A stretch of DNA of 64,000 bases, from assembly GCA_049860595.1 (NCBI GenBank), contig CP187551.1. One strand, written 5' to 3'. The DNA comes from Methanocaldococcus sp. 16A (GTDB lineage Archaea > AGJL01 > Methanococci > Methanococcales > Methanocaldococcaceae). Positions 21,199-31,538 of the stretch are shown piece by piece; position 1 is the stretch's first letter; each line of letters opens with the position of its first letter. The notes below the pieces were generated by a model. The model made no database searches, had not been told where the DNA came from, and saw only the letters and a program-made list of their open reading frames with translations. Both the position numbers and the translations under genes were made by a program.

Positions 21199-21648
21199 TT
21201 AGCAAAGTTTTTTGAGTTCTCCAGTTTCAATATCTATCAGATATCCTTCAACAGTTATGTCCTTTGGAATTGCAGGATGGTTTTTTATTATGTTTACACC
21301 TTCAATTACATTTTTCTCTTCATCGTCAATCTTGCCTAACCAACATTTGAGATTTGGAATGAAGTAAGGATTAGCCCCTCTCTCAATCATCTTCTTCTTA
21401 ATTTCTTCAACATCAATGGATTTCATTCCACAATCCGTATGCCCAACAACTAAAACCTTTTCTACACCTAAACAATAAATTGCAACAACAAGAGACCTTA
21501 TTACATCATCAGTTACTATGTTTCCTGCATTTTTGATAACTTTGGCATCTCCTCTTTTTATTCCTAATTTTTCAGATAGGAAATTTACAAGACGAGCATC
21601 CATACATGTAACTACAGCAAGCTTTTTCTTTGGTTTTGCGTTCCCCAT
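21199..21648 (-). CDS. Beta-class carbonic anhydrase
   Basis: TCMDARL, NAGN, GHTDCGM zinc ligands. Confidence 0.92.
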   Translation of the reverse strand: MGNAKPKKKLAVVTCMDARLVNFLSEKLGIKRGDAKVIKNAGNIVTDDVIRSLVVAIYCLGVEKVLVVGHTDCGMKSIDVEEIKKKMIERGANPYFIPNLKCWLGKIDDEEKNVIEGVNIIKNHPAIPKDITVEGYLIDIETGELKKLC

Positions 21649-21683
21649 TTTTATCCCTCATTAGTGGATATTTAATCAATTTA

Positions 21684-21721
21684 AATAGAACTTTTATATA
21701 TATTCCTGCGAAAGTCCTATT
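21684..21721. repeat. Internally deleted repeat A copy abutting repeat B
   Basis: AATAGAACTTTT...ATTCCTGCGAAAGTCCTATT. Confidence 0.7.
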
Positions 21722-21834
21722 ATAGTTGTGTGCAAAATAAAATAAAGTTTAAAAAGGAAAATTTGAATGCCTTCCTTTTGGAAGGCATTCTTTAATTCCT
21801 TATTTTAATTAAGATACTTTTGCACACAACTATA
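21721..21834. repeat. Palindromic repeat family B
   Basis: 17-bp TIR TATAGTTGTGTGCAAAA/TTTTGCACACAACTATA; central hairpin GAATGCCTTCC-TTTT-GGAAGGCATTC. Confidence 0.9.
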
Positions 21835-22030
21835 AAAAAACCTTGATACTTGATTTTAGCAAGTTTTATTTTTATCTTTTATTTTTATAAATTTTGCAAA
21901 TATTTTATTATTTAAATTAATCAATTATAGAAAAGTTTTTATAGAACTTCATAAACATAAAAAAATTAAGAACTTTAAGTAATAAAAAATGAACATAATT
22001 TGAAAATATTAGAATTGCAGAGGTGAAATA

Positions 22031-23722
22031 TTGTTCCTAAAAAAGAGACACTTAGAAATATTGAAAAAGATGAAAGAGACAGAACTGCAAAATGAGATAG
22101 AAAAAGCTCTACCAGAAGAGTTTAAAACAAGAGCTTTAGAGTTATTTATATTAGGATTTGCTGAATTAAAAGATAATAAAATAATATTTACCGAAGCTGG
22201 AAAAAGATTGATGGAAATTGTTGATAAAATTGATTTAGAAAAAATACCTGATGTGTTTGTAGATACTGAAATCATAAAAATTATGGAATTATTAGACGAA
22301 ACTGGAAATATTCCAGATGAATGGATGGTAATGTTAAAAGAGAGATTCTTAGCAGACGAGAATGGATTAACAGATATTGGAAAAGAGATTTTGAAAATAT
22401 ATAAAGAGACTCATCCAGTTGTTTATCTAACTCCTGAGATATTGGCATTTATAAAAGATATGCCAAAGATAGGGATTTATAATGAGCTAATAGCATACAA
22501 AAACACTAAAGAATATGGGGACAATATAATTAATGCACTTCAAGCTATGAGGTTGCTTTTAATCTCACCAAAAACAGAAGGTAGGGCATTTACTACAACA
22601 AAAGCTTTAAACTATGCTTTAAAAGTAGCTTCATTAGTTCCAAACTTAAATAGGGCATTGATATTGAGAAATGAAGACTTTGAAATTTTAAAGAGAGGAG
22701 AAACTACTGAAGAGATGACAGAAAGCGGTTTCTATGCTGAAGGAAAAGTTACTGAATTAGGGCAAGCTATGATGAATACCTATAAAGAAATGGGTAAAGT
22801 TGAAGAGAAAACTCTTCCTATCTATATCTTAGATGATGAAATTAAAGTTTTGAAGGCTATTGAAGAGATTAAAGAAAAGTATGAAACTAATCCAGAGATT
22901 CTTCCAACATACAATGAGATTAAAAAGAGAACAAATATTGATGATTTAGGAGCTATATTGCATACTCTTGAATCAAAAGAATTGATAAAGAGAGAAGTTA
23001 TTAAAAATAAAGATACCTATTGGATAACAGAGTTTGGAGAAAAGGTTAAGGAGCTTGGAGAAGTATCAACAGATGGAATGAAAGCTATAACCTATCCAGA
23101 AAGTGGAGATGTTCCAATTGTTGAATGGGTAATTAAAAGTAAAGAAGAGGGAACAGTAAATAGAGGAATAACAGAAAAAGGTAAATACCTAATAAAATTA
23201 TCAAAAACAATTAAAAGAAAGCCATATCTAACAAAATATGATATCTCAACTCTTATTAAGATTCCAAGAAAGAGATACATTCACAGAGATGATTTAGTTA
23301 AATTAATCCAAGACCATGTTGGTGGAGATGAGAAGGAGATTATCAAAGCTTTAAATGAGGCGGAATCAAAAGGATTTATTAAAGAGTTGCAAAATAAAAT
23401 GATTAAATTGACAGAGTTGGGGGAGAATATAAAAGATGCTATAGAGATGGCGAAGGTTCAAGAGTTATTGGCTACAAAGTTTGCAGTAACTCCAACAACA
23501 TTCAATATATTAAAAACAATCTATGAGCACAAAGAAGAGTTTGATAAGGTTTGGAAGGAGAAAAAAGAGGATGAAGTTGAGTTATTAGCCAAATATCTAT
23601 CATTAACAAAAGAAGAGATTAAAAAGAATTTGGTTATATTGAGAAATGTTGGTTTAATTGGTAAAAAAGGACTAACAGATGCTGGAGTTAAATTGGTAGA
23701 GGCATATACGAAACTTTGGTAA
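22031..23722 (+). CDS. DUF505-like protein with repeated winged-helix-type units
   Basis: Recurrent (L/I)T(E/D).G motifs; resembles archaeal DUF505 proteins. Confidence 0.7.
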   Translation: MFLKKRHLEILKKMKETELQNEIEKALPEEFKTRALELFILGFAELKDNKIIFTEAGKRLMEIVDKIDLEKIPDVFVDTEIIKIMELLDETGNIPDEWMVMLKERFLADENGLTDIGKEILKIYKETHPVVYLTPEILAFIKDMPKIGIYNELIAYKNTKEYGDNIINALQAMRLLLISPKTEGRAFTTTKALNYALKVASLVPNLNRALILRNEDFEILKRGETTEEMTESGFYAEGKVTELGQAMMNTYKEMGKVEEKTLPIYILDDEIKVLKAIEEIKEKYETNPEILPTYNEIKKRTNIDDLGAILHTLESKELIKREVIKNKDTYWITEFGEKVKELGEVSTDGMKAITYPESGDVPIVEWVIKSKEEGTVNRGITEKGKYLIKLSKTIKRKPYLTKYDISTLIKIPRKRYIHRDDLVKLIQDHVGGDEKEIIKALNEAESKGFIKELQNKMIKLTELGENIKDAIEMAKVQELLATKFAVTPTTFNILKTIYEHKEEFDKVWKEKKEDEVELLAKYLSLTKEEIKKNLVILRNVGLIGKKGLTDAGVKLVEAYTKLW

Positions 23723-23727
23723 ATTAT

Positions 23728-24753
23728 TTATTTTTTCTTCTTTTTTACAAGATTCTCTAAATAATTTAAATTCTCTTCAGTTCCAAATGCATATATTATA
23801 TCACCAGGTTTTATAACAAATTCTGGATAAGGATTTATATAAAAATCATTTCCTCTCTTTATTCCCAAAATAGTAGCTCCTGTTTTTCCCCTAATATTTG
23901 CCTGTTTTAAGTTTTTATATGCCAATTCAGAATCTTTTTCAATAACAAATTTTTTTAACTCAATATCTTCTTCATATTCATCCTTAGCTATTTTAATAAA
24001 TGTACTTAGAAAATCTAAAACTCCTGGTCTGACAGAAACTTCAGCCATTCTTAATCCTCCAATTAAATATGGCGACACTACTCTATTAGCCCCTGCTATT
24101 TTTAATTTTCTTATAGCTTCTTTCTCATCCGCTTTAGCAGTAATTAAAATATTTGGATTTAATTCTCTTGCAGTTAATGTAACAAACACATTATCAGCAT
24201 CACTTGGTAAAGTGGCAATTAATCCCTTTGCCTTATCAATTTTTGCTTTTTTCAGCACTTCATCTTTTTTAGCATCCCCCACTATGTATAAAAACTTATC
24301 TGGATATTTTTCATACTCTTCCTTTAAAATATCTTCATTAATATCTATAGCTATAAACGGCACACCTTCTTGAATAAATTTCTCCCCCACAACTCTCCCC
24401 AATCTTCCATACCCACAAATAATATAATGGTCTTTTAGAGTTTTAATTTTGTTTTTCATCTTTTTCAACCTCATAATCTCTTCAAATTTACCTTCAACAA
24501 TAAACTCCGCTATTAAGCTAAAAAGATACATCACTATACCGACACCAATACATAAGTAAATTACAGTTAATGCCCTCCCTATAAACGTTTTTGGAGTAAA
24601 ATCTCCATAACCTGTTGTTGTTATTGTAATAACACTAAAGTATAATGCAGTGAAGTAATCAACTCCTTCAATTATACTTATTAAATAGGCATAAGTCAAA
24701 ATTAATGTAATAGAAAGAACTACAACAATTACTACCTTTTTTGACGTCTCCAT
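23728..24753 (-). CDS. 2TM potassium channel with RCK domain (MjK2-like)
   Basis: TITTTGYGD filter, HYIICGYGRLG RCK motif, TrkA-C domain. Confidence 0.92.
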   Translation of the reverse strand: METSKKVVIVVVLSITLILTYAYLISIIEGVDYFTALYFSVITITTTGYGDFTPKTFIGRALTVIYLCIGVGIVMYLFSLIAEFIVEGKFEEIMRLKKMKNKIKTLKDHYIICGYGRLGRVVGEKFIQEGVPFIAIDINEDILKEEYEKYPDKFLYIVGDAKKDEVLKKAKIDKAKGLIATLPSDADNVFVTLTARELNPNILITAKADEKEAIRKLKIAGANRVVSPYLIGGLRMAEVSVRPGVLDFLSTFIKIAKDEYEEDIELKKFVIEKDSELAYKNLKQANIRGKTGATILGIKRGNDFYINPYPEFVIKPGDIIYAFGTEENLNYLENLVKKKKK

Positions 24754-24803
24754 GGTTTCACAATAATTACTTTATTTAAATTTATATTGAATTATATAAT
24801 TTA

Positions 24804-27224
24804 TTATGGATTTTCTATTTTTTCTTTTAGTTCATTAACTTTTTCAGCATATTTCTTATTAAATATTCTTGCAATTCTCTCTATAGCATCTAAGAGGTTT
24901 AATAACTGTTCTAAGTAATAGTAGATGTCTCCTGAATATGTTTGAATTTTAAACTCTTCATATAATGTTTTTGAAATTTGCCCTGGAGTTTTTCCTGAAA
25001 TTCTTAGATTAATAATCATCTCTAAAATTTTTTCCTCAACTTCAACTCCTTCAAATTCCATAATAATTATTGTTAATTCATCTTTTAATTTTTTGTCCCT
25101 AATTTTTTCCATCCCCTCCCTAATAACTTCCAAAGCATCAAAGAACCTTGAAGGGACATTTATATTCAAAATTTTTGAAAGCTTTATTTTTAAATTGTTT
25201 GAAAGATAAACGTTTTCAAATGGCATAATCTCCGTGATTAATTTAATGATGTGTTTATTTTCAGCAATTCCTTCTCTAATTTTTTCAGCAATCTTTGGAT
25301 ATAAAAATGAGATTGCAACAGCCTTTCCATAATTTGTTAATTTCACATCATTATTAACTTTTATCATTCCGTAACTCTCCAAATTCCCTAAAATTTTGTT
25401 TAAAGAAAATGCCCTTCCAATATATGGAACTCTATCTATATCATTCCTATTAGTTATTCCAGCTGAGATTGTTGCCAATATCTGCTCTTCTTCTTCATCT
25501 TCGCTATACTCAACCTTAACATCTTCAGGAACTGCATTCAATAATTTAAAAGCAATTTCATCCTCAGTATTTTCCATCTTTGCATGATACTTCTTTCCTA
25601 TTTCTACCAAAAGATAAACTTTTCCAATTTCATGCATGCCCTTTCTTCCAGCCCTTCCACACATTTGCTGGAATTCAGCAGGAGTTAGCCAATCTCCCCC
25701 CATTGCTAAGCTTTCCAAAATAACAGTAGATGCTGGAAAATCTACTCCTGCAGATAACGCTGCAGTTGTAACAACACACTGAATTTTTTGATTTGCAAAA
25801 TCATCTTCAACTTTCCTCCTCCTTATATATTCCATTCCTCCATGGTAAAATTCTGCTTTAATCCCCTTAGATTTCAAAGCTTTAGCTAAATGCTCTGCTC
25901 TCTTTCTTGAGTAAGTGAAAATTAAGCACTGCCCCCTATATCCAAATTTTGAAATACTCTGCCACTCTCTTTTAACAATTTCTTTGATAATATTTAGCTT
26001 AGCAAAGTCATTTTTACAAAATATAAGATGTCTCTCTAAAGGAACAGGTCTTCCATTGTATAAAACTAATTTAGCATTTAATTGCTTAGCCAACTCCTTT
26101 GGATTTCCAATTGTTGCTGATAAATATATTTTTTGAGCATCTTTAAATAAAAATCTTAACCTACCAATTAAACCATCTAATCTGGCTCCTCTTTCCTCTA
26201 AATTTAAAGAGTGGATTTCATCAATAACGACAGTTCCAATATCTTTTAATCTTTTAGTCCTAATTAAATAATCAATCCCTTCGTAAGTCCCAACTATAAT
26301 ATCAGCATCTAATGATGTCTCAACATCACATTTCTTTCCAATTCTTCCCAATCCTACTCTTAAACTAACTTTTAAACCCAATTTTTCATATCTTTCTTTA
26401 AATTCTAAGTATTTTTGATTAGCTAAAGCCACTAAAGGAACTAAAAATAGAAATTTTCCTTTTCCTTCAATTAAATTTTTAATTCCTGCTAATTCCCCAA
26501 TTAAAGTTTTTCCTGAAGAAGTTGCTGAGACAATTAATAAATTCTCTCCTTTTAATAAACCCGCTTTAACAGCCAACGTTTGTACTGGCAAAAGCTCATA
26601 AATATTTCTACTTTTTATTAGCTCTTTAAGTTTTTCTGGGATATCTAACTCGTCTATTTTATAATTTTCAATTTTGTCCTCTTCACTACCAGTTATAATA
26701 TCATATCTTGTCAATTCTGGGTTATCTAATGGATTTCTTATTCTTAACAAAGATAAAACTTTATCAACATCTTTAAATTTTTTTAAAAATTTTTCTATAA
26801 ATTCCTCATTAAGTTTAACTTCTTCTTTAATTTCATTAACCCCACAACTTATACAGATTTCTAAATTTCCATACCTACATCTATTATTTCTTGTTAATCT
26901 TTTGTAAATATTTTTTAATAAGCAAAATGGACAAAGTTCTATGTAATCAAACTTTAAATTGTATGATTTTAAAACATCTTCTACTTCTTCATTTTCTTTT
27001 AATATGAATATTTTGTCAGATTTTAATATATCTAAAACCTTAGATGGCTGAATTAACTTATCACCAACTCTACACCTATATAGCTTGTATTTATCACCAA
27101 CTTTTTTATAGTTGGCAAATATTTTTTGGTTATTCTTAATCTCTATTCCATCTTCTATTTTTCCTTCAACCTTAACTATTTCAATCTCATCCTTCTTCTT
27201 TTTTGGCTTCCTAACGATAAGCAT
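24804..27224 (-). CDS. Archaeal Ski2-like DEAD/DEAH helicase (ASH-Ski2 type)
   Basis: Q motif LLPVQ, SATSSGKT, DEIH, SAT, QMCGRAGR; N-terminal CxxC...CxxC. Confidence 0.88.
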   Translation of the reverse strand: MLIVRKPKKKKDEIEIVKVEGKIEDGIEIKNNQKIFANYKKVGDKYKLYRCRVGDKLIQPSKVLDILKSDKIFILKENEEVEDVLKSYNLKFDYIELCPFCLLKNIYKRLTRNNRCRYGNLEICISCGVNEIKEEVKLNEEFIEKFLKKFKDVDKVLSLLRIRNPLDNPELTRYDIITGSEEDKIENYKIDELDIPEKLKELIKSRNIYELLPVQTLAVKAGLLKGENLLIVSATSSGKTLIGELAGIKNLIEGKGKFLFLVPLVALANQKYLEFKERYEKLGLKVSLRVGLGRIGKKCDVETSLDADIIVGTYEGIDYLIRTKRLKDIGTVVIDEIHSLNLEERGARLDGLIGRLRFLFKDAQKIYLSATIGNPKELAKQLNAKLVLYNGRPVPLERHLIFCKNDFAKLNIIKEIVKREWQSISKFGYRGQCLIFTYSRKRAEHLAKALKSKGIKAEFYHGGMEYIRRRKVEDDFANQKIQCVVTTAALSAGVDFPASTVILESLAMGGDWLTPAEFQQMCGRAGRKGMHEIGKVYLLVEIGKKYHAKMENTEDEIAFKLLNAVPEDVKVEYSEDEEEEQILATISAGITNRNDIDRVPYIGRAFSLNKILGNLESYGMIKVNNDVKLTNYGKAVAISFLYPKIAEKIREGIAENKHIIKLITEIMPFENVYLSNNLKIKLSKILNINVPSRFFDALEVIREGMEKIRDKKLKDELTIIIMEFEGVEVEEKILEMIINLRISGKTPGQISKTLYEEFKIQTYSGDIYYYLEQLLNLLDAIERIARIFNKKYAEKVNELKEKIENP

Positions 27225-27284
27225 TATAAACCACCATTTGTAAAAATATTAATTACATTAATAAAACCTTATTTATGTGATAAA

Positions 27285-27476
27285 ATGATATTTATAAAAT
27301 CTAATAAAGGACAGATATCTCTCGAGTTCTCTATGATTGTTATGGTAGTTATACTTTCGGCATTGATAGTTGGATATTATTTAATATCAACAGCCATTGA
27401 AACGAAAAAAGCTAATGTAGAGATTATAAATCATAGTTCTAATGTGGCAGAGGAAGCTTTAAGTAAAGTATCATAG
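27285..27476 (+). CDS. Class III signal peptide (pilin-like) small protein
   Basis: KG/QISLEF cleavage motif followed by a hydrophobic stretch; start at ATG 27285. Confidence 0.8.
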   Translation: MIFIKSNKGQISLEFSMIVMVVILSALIVGYYLISTAIETKKANVEIINHSSNVAEEALSKVS

Positions 27477-27479
27477 ATT

Positions 27480-27746
27480 TATAGTTTTATGCAAAAGTAT
27501 TTAGAAATGAATTAGTATATATGATTTTCACACTTTATATTATCGAATAAGGAAAAAATAATGCCAAAGGCATCAAATAACGGTCTGAATGCATTATTAA
27601 ACATATACTAAGGTACTTTGAAGCCATGGGATTCATATCTTGGGACTTTTGCAATTTATATTTCATTTATTTATATTTCATTTAAGGTATTTATGATACT
27701 AAAAGCATCAAAGTTCATTATTACTTTTTCCTGCGAAAGTCCCTAT
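27480..27746. repeat. Cluster of palindromic repeats: partial B, decayed A, full A (27641-27746)
   Basis: TATAGTTTTATGCAAAAGT; ATGCCAAAGGCATC hairpin; GGGACTTTTGCA...CCTGCGAAAGTCCCTAT. Confidence 0.7.
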
Positions 27747-27790
27747 AGTAAGATAATTTATTACTATTTAAAACTTTACAAGGGAAGAAT

Positions 27791-28384
27791 ATGCTACTAA
27801 TAGGTATTACAGGAATGCCTGGTGCTGGAAAAAGTGCAATAAATGAAGTAGCAAAAAAATATAATCTGCCAGTAGTTTCTATGGGAGACGTTGTTAGGTA
27901 TGAAACAAAAAAAAGGGGTTTAGAGTTAAATCCTGAAAATGTTGGAAATACTGCTATAAAGTTGAGGGAAGAATTTGGAAATGAAGCAATTGCAGTAGCA
28001 TGTCTAAGATATATAGAGGAAAATTTAAAAGATAAGGATGTGGTTATTGTTGAGGGTATAAGAAGTTTATATGAAGTAAATTATTTTAGAAAACATAAAC
28101 CATTGGTTTTAATAGCTATCCATTCCTCTCCATTAACAAGATTTGAGAGGTTGAAGAGAAGAGGAAGAGAAGACGATTCAACAAATTGGGAGGTGTTTGT
28201 AGAGAGGGACTTAAGGGAATTAGGATTTAGTATTGGCCATGCTATTGCGTTGGCTGATTTTGTTGTAATAAATGAAGGTAGTTTTGAGGATTGTATAAAC
28301 CAGTTGGATAATATTTTAAATGAAATTTTAAATAATTTAGAAAAATACAAAAAATATGATTTCATTTATGAAATTCTAAAATAG
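27791..28384 (+). CDS. P-loop kinase, dephospho-CoA kinase/adenylate-kinase-like (UPF0200)
   Basis: [28 protein letters not shown]. Confidence 0.8.
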   Translation: MLLIGITGMPGAGKSAINEVAKKYNLPVVSMGDVVRYETKKRGLELNPENVGNTAIKLREEFGNEAIAVACLRYIEENLKDKDVVIVEGIRSLYEVNYFRKHKPLVLIAIHSSPLTRFERLKRRGREDDSTNWEVFVERDLRELGFSIGHAIALADFVVINEGSFEDCINQLDNILNEILNNLEKYKKYDFIYEILK

Positions 28385-29531
28385 ATTCATCTATATAATA
28401 TATGATTCTATTTTTCTCTTCTTTATGTTTTACAATTCCAAGAGTCTCTAATTTTCTTAAATTGTATCTTACAGTTTCAACATTAAGGTTTAAGTCTTCA
28501 GCTATTTTTCTTATATGTGCAGGATTTTTTAATAGATATTCAAATATTCTTTTTTGTGTTTCATTTAAAAATAATAAAGGTATATCTCTCATATTCATAT
28601 TTGCAGGATAGTAGATTAATCTATTTCTAAATTTTTTACTTTTAATTAGTTTAGCCTTCTCTAAGATTCTTAAATGCCAAATAAGTGTTGAAACAGGTTT
28701 ATTTAAGTTTTTAGATATTTCTCTCAAATAAGTTCCTGGATTATCCGATATATACTTATAAATTTCCTTTCTTGTATCATTTAAGAGAACTTCCTTTTCA
28801 TCGAAGGTATTTAAACGGAATATAATAAACGCTTTTATTGATGCTAATTTGGATAGTAATCCCAAATATTTCTTTTTTAGAGTTTCTTGAAAAGTTATTA
28901 TTAAGGATATAAAGGATAAAAAAACAAACAAGAGTATATAAGGTAGGGGATTTGATGTCTTCTTAACTATATGGATATATATAAGATTAGCTAAAACTTC
29001 CTCATTTGGTTTAAAACCAACATATATTTTGTTGTTTATCTTTACTGCTGCAGGCATTCCGTTTTTGTATCTTGCTATAATCTCTCCTTTTTCAGGTAGT
29101 ATATATAAAGCTTCAACATTTGATTTCTTTAATCTAAGTGGATCATTTATCCATAAAATCGTTTTATTCCCATAAAATTTTTTTGAACCATTTATTGGTG
29201 CAAAAATAATTGCCATTTTATCTGTATTTACATCTGTACTTGTAACAATTAAATTATACGATTTATTATTTAATTTAAATTTTAGTTGTTTGATTAAAGG
29301 AGATATATTTTTATCAGATTTTATATATGGAGGAATAATTACAAACTCCTTTTTTTCTCCAATATAAAAATAAGGAATGTCATTTTCATAGGAAAGATAG
29401 ATTGAAGTATTATAAATATATTTATTAACATTCTCCAAGCTAATATTAAAAACATGAGCTGCATTATCAATATTCACCAAAAATACTAAAATCATAACCA
29501 ACAAAACAATTTTTTTCATTATTTCACTCAA
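28362..29531 (-). CDS. Membrane-anchored transcription regulator with two C-terminal winged HTH domains
   Basis: Signal peptide, extracellular domain, [36 protein letters not shown] and second ..[13 protein letters not shown]. Confidence 0.75.
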   Translation of the reverse strand: MSEIMKKIVLLVMILVFLVNIDNAAHVFNISLENVNKYIYNTSIYLSYENDIPYFYIGEKKEFVIIPPYIKSDKNISPLIKQLKFKLNNKSYNLIVTSTDVNTDKMAIIFAPINGSKKFYGNKTILWINDPLRLKKSNVEALYILPEKGEIIARYKNGMPAAVKINNKIYVGFKPNEEVLANLIYIHIVKKTSNPLPYILLFVFLSFISLIITFQETLKKKYLGLLSKLASIKAFIIFRLNTFDEKEVLLNDTRKEIYKYISDNPGTYLREISKNLNKPVSTLIWHLRILEKAKLIKSKKFRNRLIYYPANMNMRDIPLLFLNETQKRIFEYLLKNPAHIRKIAEDLNLNVETVRYNLRKLETLGIVKHKEEKNRIIYYIDESILEFHK

Positions 29532-29769
29532 TAACTATTGGTGGAACATGAACAATTAGATATATCCCTACAGACAAAAAAACTAATGAAATTAACAATA
29601 ACATCAATCCAATGTTTATATCTATTTCAAACATGCCAACAAATATAAGTATTGACGCTTCAGACAATATTATAGCCATGGAAACCAAAAATGAGCCAAT
29701 GAGTGTTCTCTTTTTTCTAATTTTTCTAATCGTTTTTAATCTTTCTATAATTTCTTCATCACTCGTCAT
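29524..29769 (-). CDS. Small 2-TM membrane protein
   Basis: Basic N-terminus plus two hydrophobic helices; translationally coupled on both sides. Confidence 0.7.
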   Translation of the reverse strand: MTSDEEIIERLKTIRKIRKKRTLIGSFLVSMAIILSEASILIFVGMFEIDINIGLMLLLISLVFLSVGIYLIVHVPPIVIE

Positions 29770-31260
29770 TTAGTTCACCTCATTAAAAAAGTATGCTTCA
29801 AGACCTATTTTAAGAGCTAGTCTATAAGCTTTTTTATCACTCAAAAATATCCTACCTCCATATTTAACACCTAAAATCATAGCTTTAGCTGAATTTATTG
29901 GAATATCGTAAATATCATGTAAATCTTTTGCGACTTCATTTTCTGTATCAGTAAGTTGAATAACAGATATCCCTCCAGGTAATATTTTTCCAAGTTCACA
30001 ACCTTCTGGAACATATATTGTACTATGTAATATTTTAAGTTCATCAATAGTAAAAATCCCTTTATCAGCTATATCTGGGGATCTTCTAAACAGTGGAGGA
30101 ATAAACATTAAAGTTAATGTAGTAGTTGTAGTTACTGTAGCAACAGCCACTTTTTTTATTTTTTCTTTTTTTTCTTCTTCAATAATTACTGGGAATTCTC
30201 TACTTTCTTGTTTATATCCTTCACTTTTATGTATTTCTTCTTTGTTTGATGTAGTTTTTTCTTTACCTTCTTTTTGTCTTTGTTCTCCAGTTTTATATGA
30301 AGTTCTCTTTCCACTTTTTGTTACTACTTCATTTTTTAATATTGCCTCTTTATTATTTCCCTCAATTTTTTTTCTGTATGCTATATTAAAATTTACATCT
30401 TTTACTTTTGCTATACCAATAATGTATGAGTTCCCTACTTTAAGTGCAGGCTTTATTTTTATATTCTTATAAATATCTCTACAAGCATAGAATTTTAGAT
30501 AAAAAATGGGGACATGATCTGAGACAATTTTAAATGACTGTGTAATATTTTCGTTAGGATTTAAAGTGTATGAATAATTCCCAAAATTAATTTTTTTATT
30601 ATTTACATTAGCCCAATAACTAACATTTACATTTAAAGATACATTTTTGTCATTTTTTATAATATAAATAGCAGTCCATTCAATTGAACCATTACTTAAA
30701 ATTCTACTTGACTTTATTATAGAAAATGGTATAGACAAGGAGTATCTTATTTTAACTCTTGTAGGTACCTCAAAACTTATGTTATGTTCTCCAAAATATA
30801 AGGTATTTGAATTTTGTATTTTTGATAGTGTTACTACTCTATAAGAGTTAGCTGGAACTAAAATTGACATATTTTTAATATTAAATCCCTCTGGAAATGA
30901 AACATTAAATAAAATATCTTGGGAGTAATTATTTGTTATTTTATAATATACTTCCCATTCGTCTTCATTAATTTTATTTGCAAATATAGTTACAGATATG
31001 TTAAATTTTTGGGGAGATAAATCAATAGTTATATTTTTTGGATATGAAAGATAAGTAGTAGTATTTCTATAAAATATATAAATACTAAAAGATTCTGAGT
31101 TTTCGTAATCTACATACAATTTAGATATATCAATAGTTTGTGTACCGTTTGGATAAAATACTACATCCCTATACTCATATATCTCCCCAAAACTTAAAGA
31201 GAATATTGCAAAAAATATTATTGGAAGTATTAAATATACTGGCTTCATATTCTCAAACAT
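29770..31260 (-). CDS. Secreted/membrane-anchored beta-rich protein with C-terminal PIN-like domain
   Basis: Signal peptide, many N-x-S/T sequons, charged linker, hydrophobic anchor, C-terminal IYVP...AKAMILG...FLSDKKAYRLA. Confidence 0.6.
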   Translation of the reverse strand: MFENMKPVYLILPIIFFAIFSLSFGEIYEYRDVVFYPNGTQTIDISKLYVDYENSESFSIYIFYRNTTTYLSYPKNITIDLSPQKFNISVTIFANKINEDEWEVYYKITNNYSQDILFNVSFPEGFNIKNMSILVPANSYRVVTLSKIQNSNTLYFGEHNISFEVPTRVKIRYSLSIPFSIIKSSRILSNGSIEWTAIYIIKNDKNVSLNVNVSYWANVNNKKINFGNYSYTLNPNENITQSFKIVSDHVPIFYLKFYACRDIYKNIKIKPALKVGNSYIIGIAKVKDVNFNIAYRKKIEGNNKEAILKNEVVTKSGKRTSYKTGEQRQKEGKEKTTSNKEEIHKSEGYKQESREFPVIIEEEKKEKIKKVAVATVTTTTTLTLMFIPPLFRRSPDIADKGIFTIDELKILHSTIYVPEGCELGKILPGGISVIQLTDTENEVAKDLHDIYDIPINSAKAMILGVKYGGRIFLSDKKAYRLALKIGLEAYFFNEVN

Positions 31261-31383
31261 GATTTTTATTATAGTTATTTTAAAATTATTTTAAATAAAG
31301 TAACATTAAAGTATTTAAAATTTATAAAACAATTTTTAGACATTTTCTGTACCTAACATTTAATTATACATTTATATAAGTTT

Positions 31384-31473
31384 AATAGGACTTTTACATT
31401 TTATATTTTTAGAGTAGTTGAATTCTTTTAGGCTTCAAAATGCTTTGAAAATTTATTCCTGCAAAAGTCCTAT
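31384..31473. repeat. Palindromic repeat family A
   Basis: AATAGGACTTTTACA...ATTTATTCCTGCAAAAGTCCTAT. Confidence 0.8.
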
Positions 31474-31538
31474 GTTAATAGCATATCATTAAAATCTACC
31501 GTATATATATTGACTGAGGATGTGAAATTAGTAAATTA

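Noticed and set aside
27618-27800. 60-aa ORF upstream of the P-loop kinase
   Set aside because: Lies over repeat A; no RBS or protein-like features
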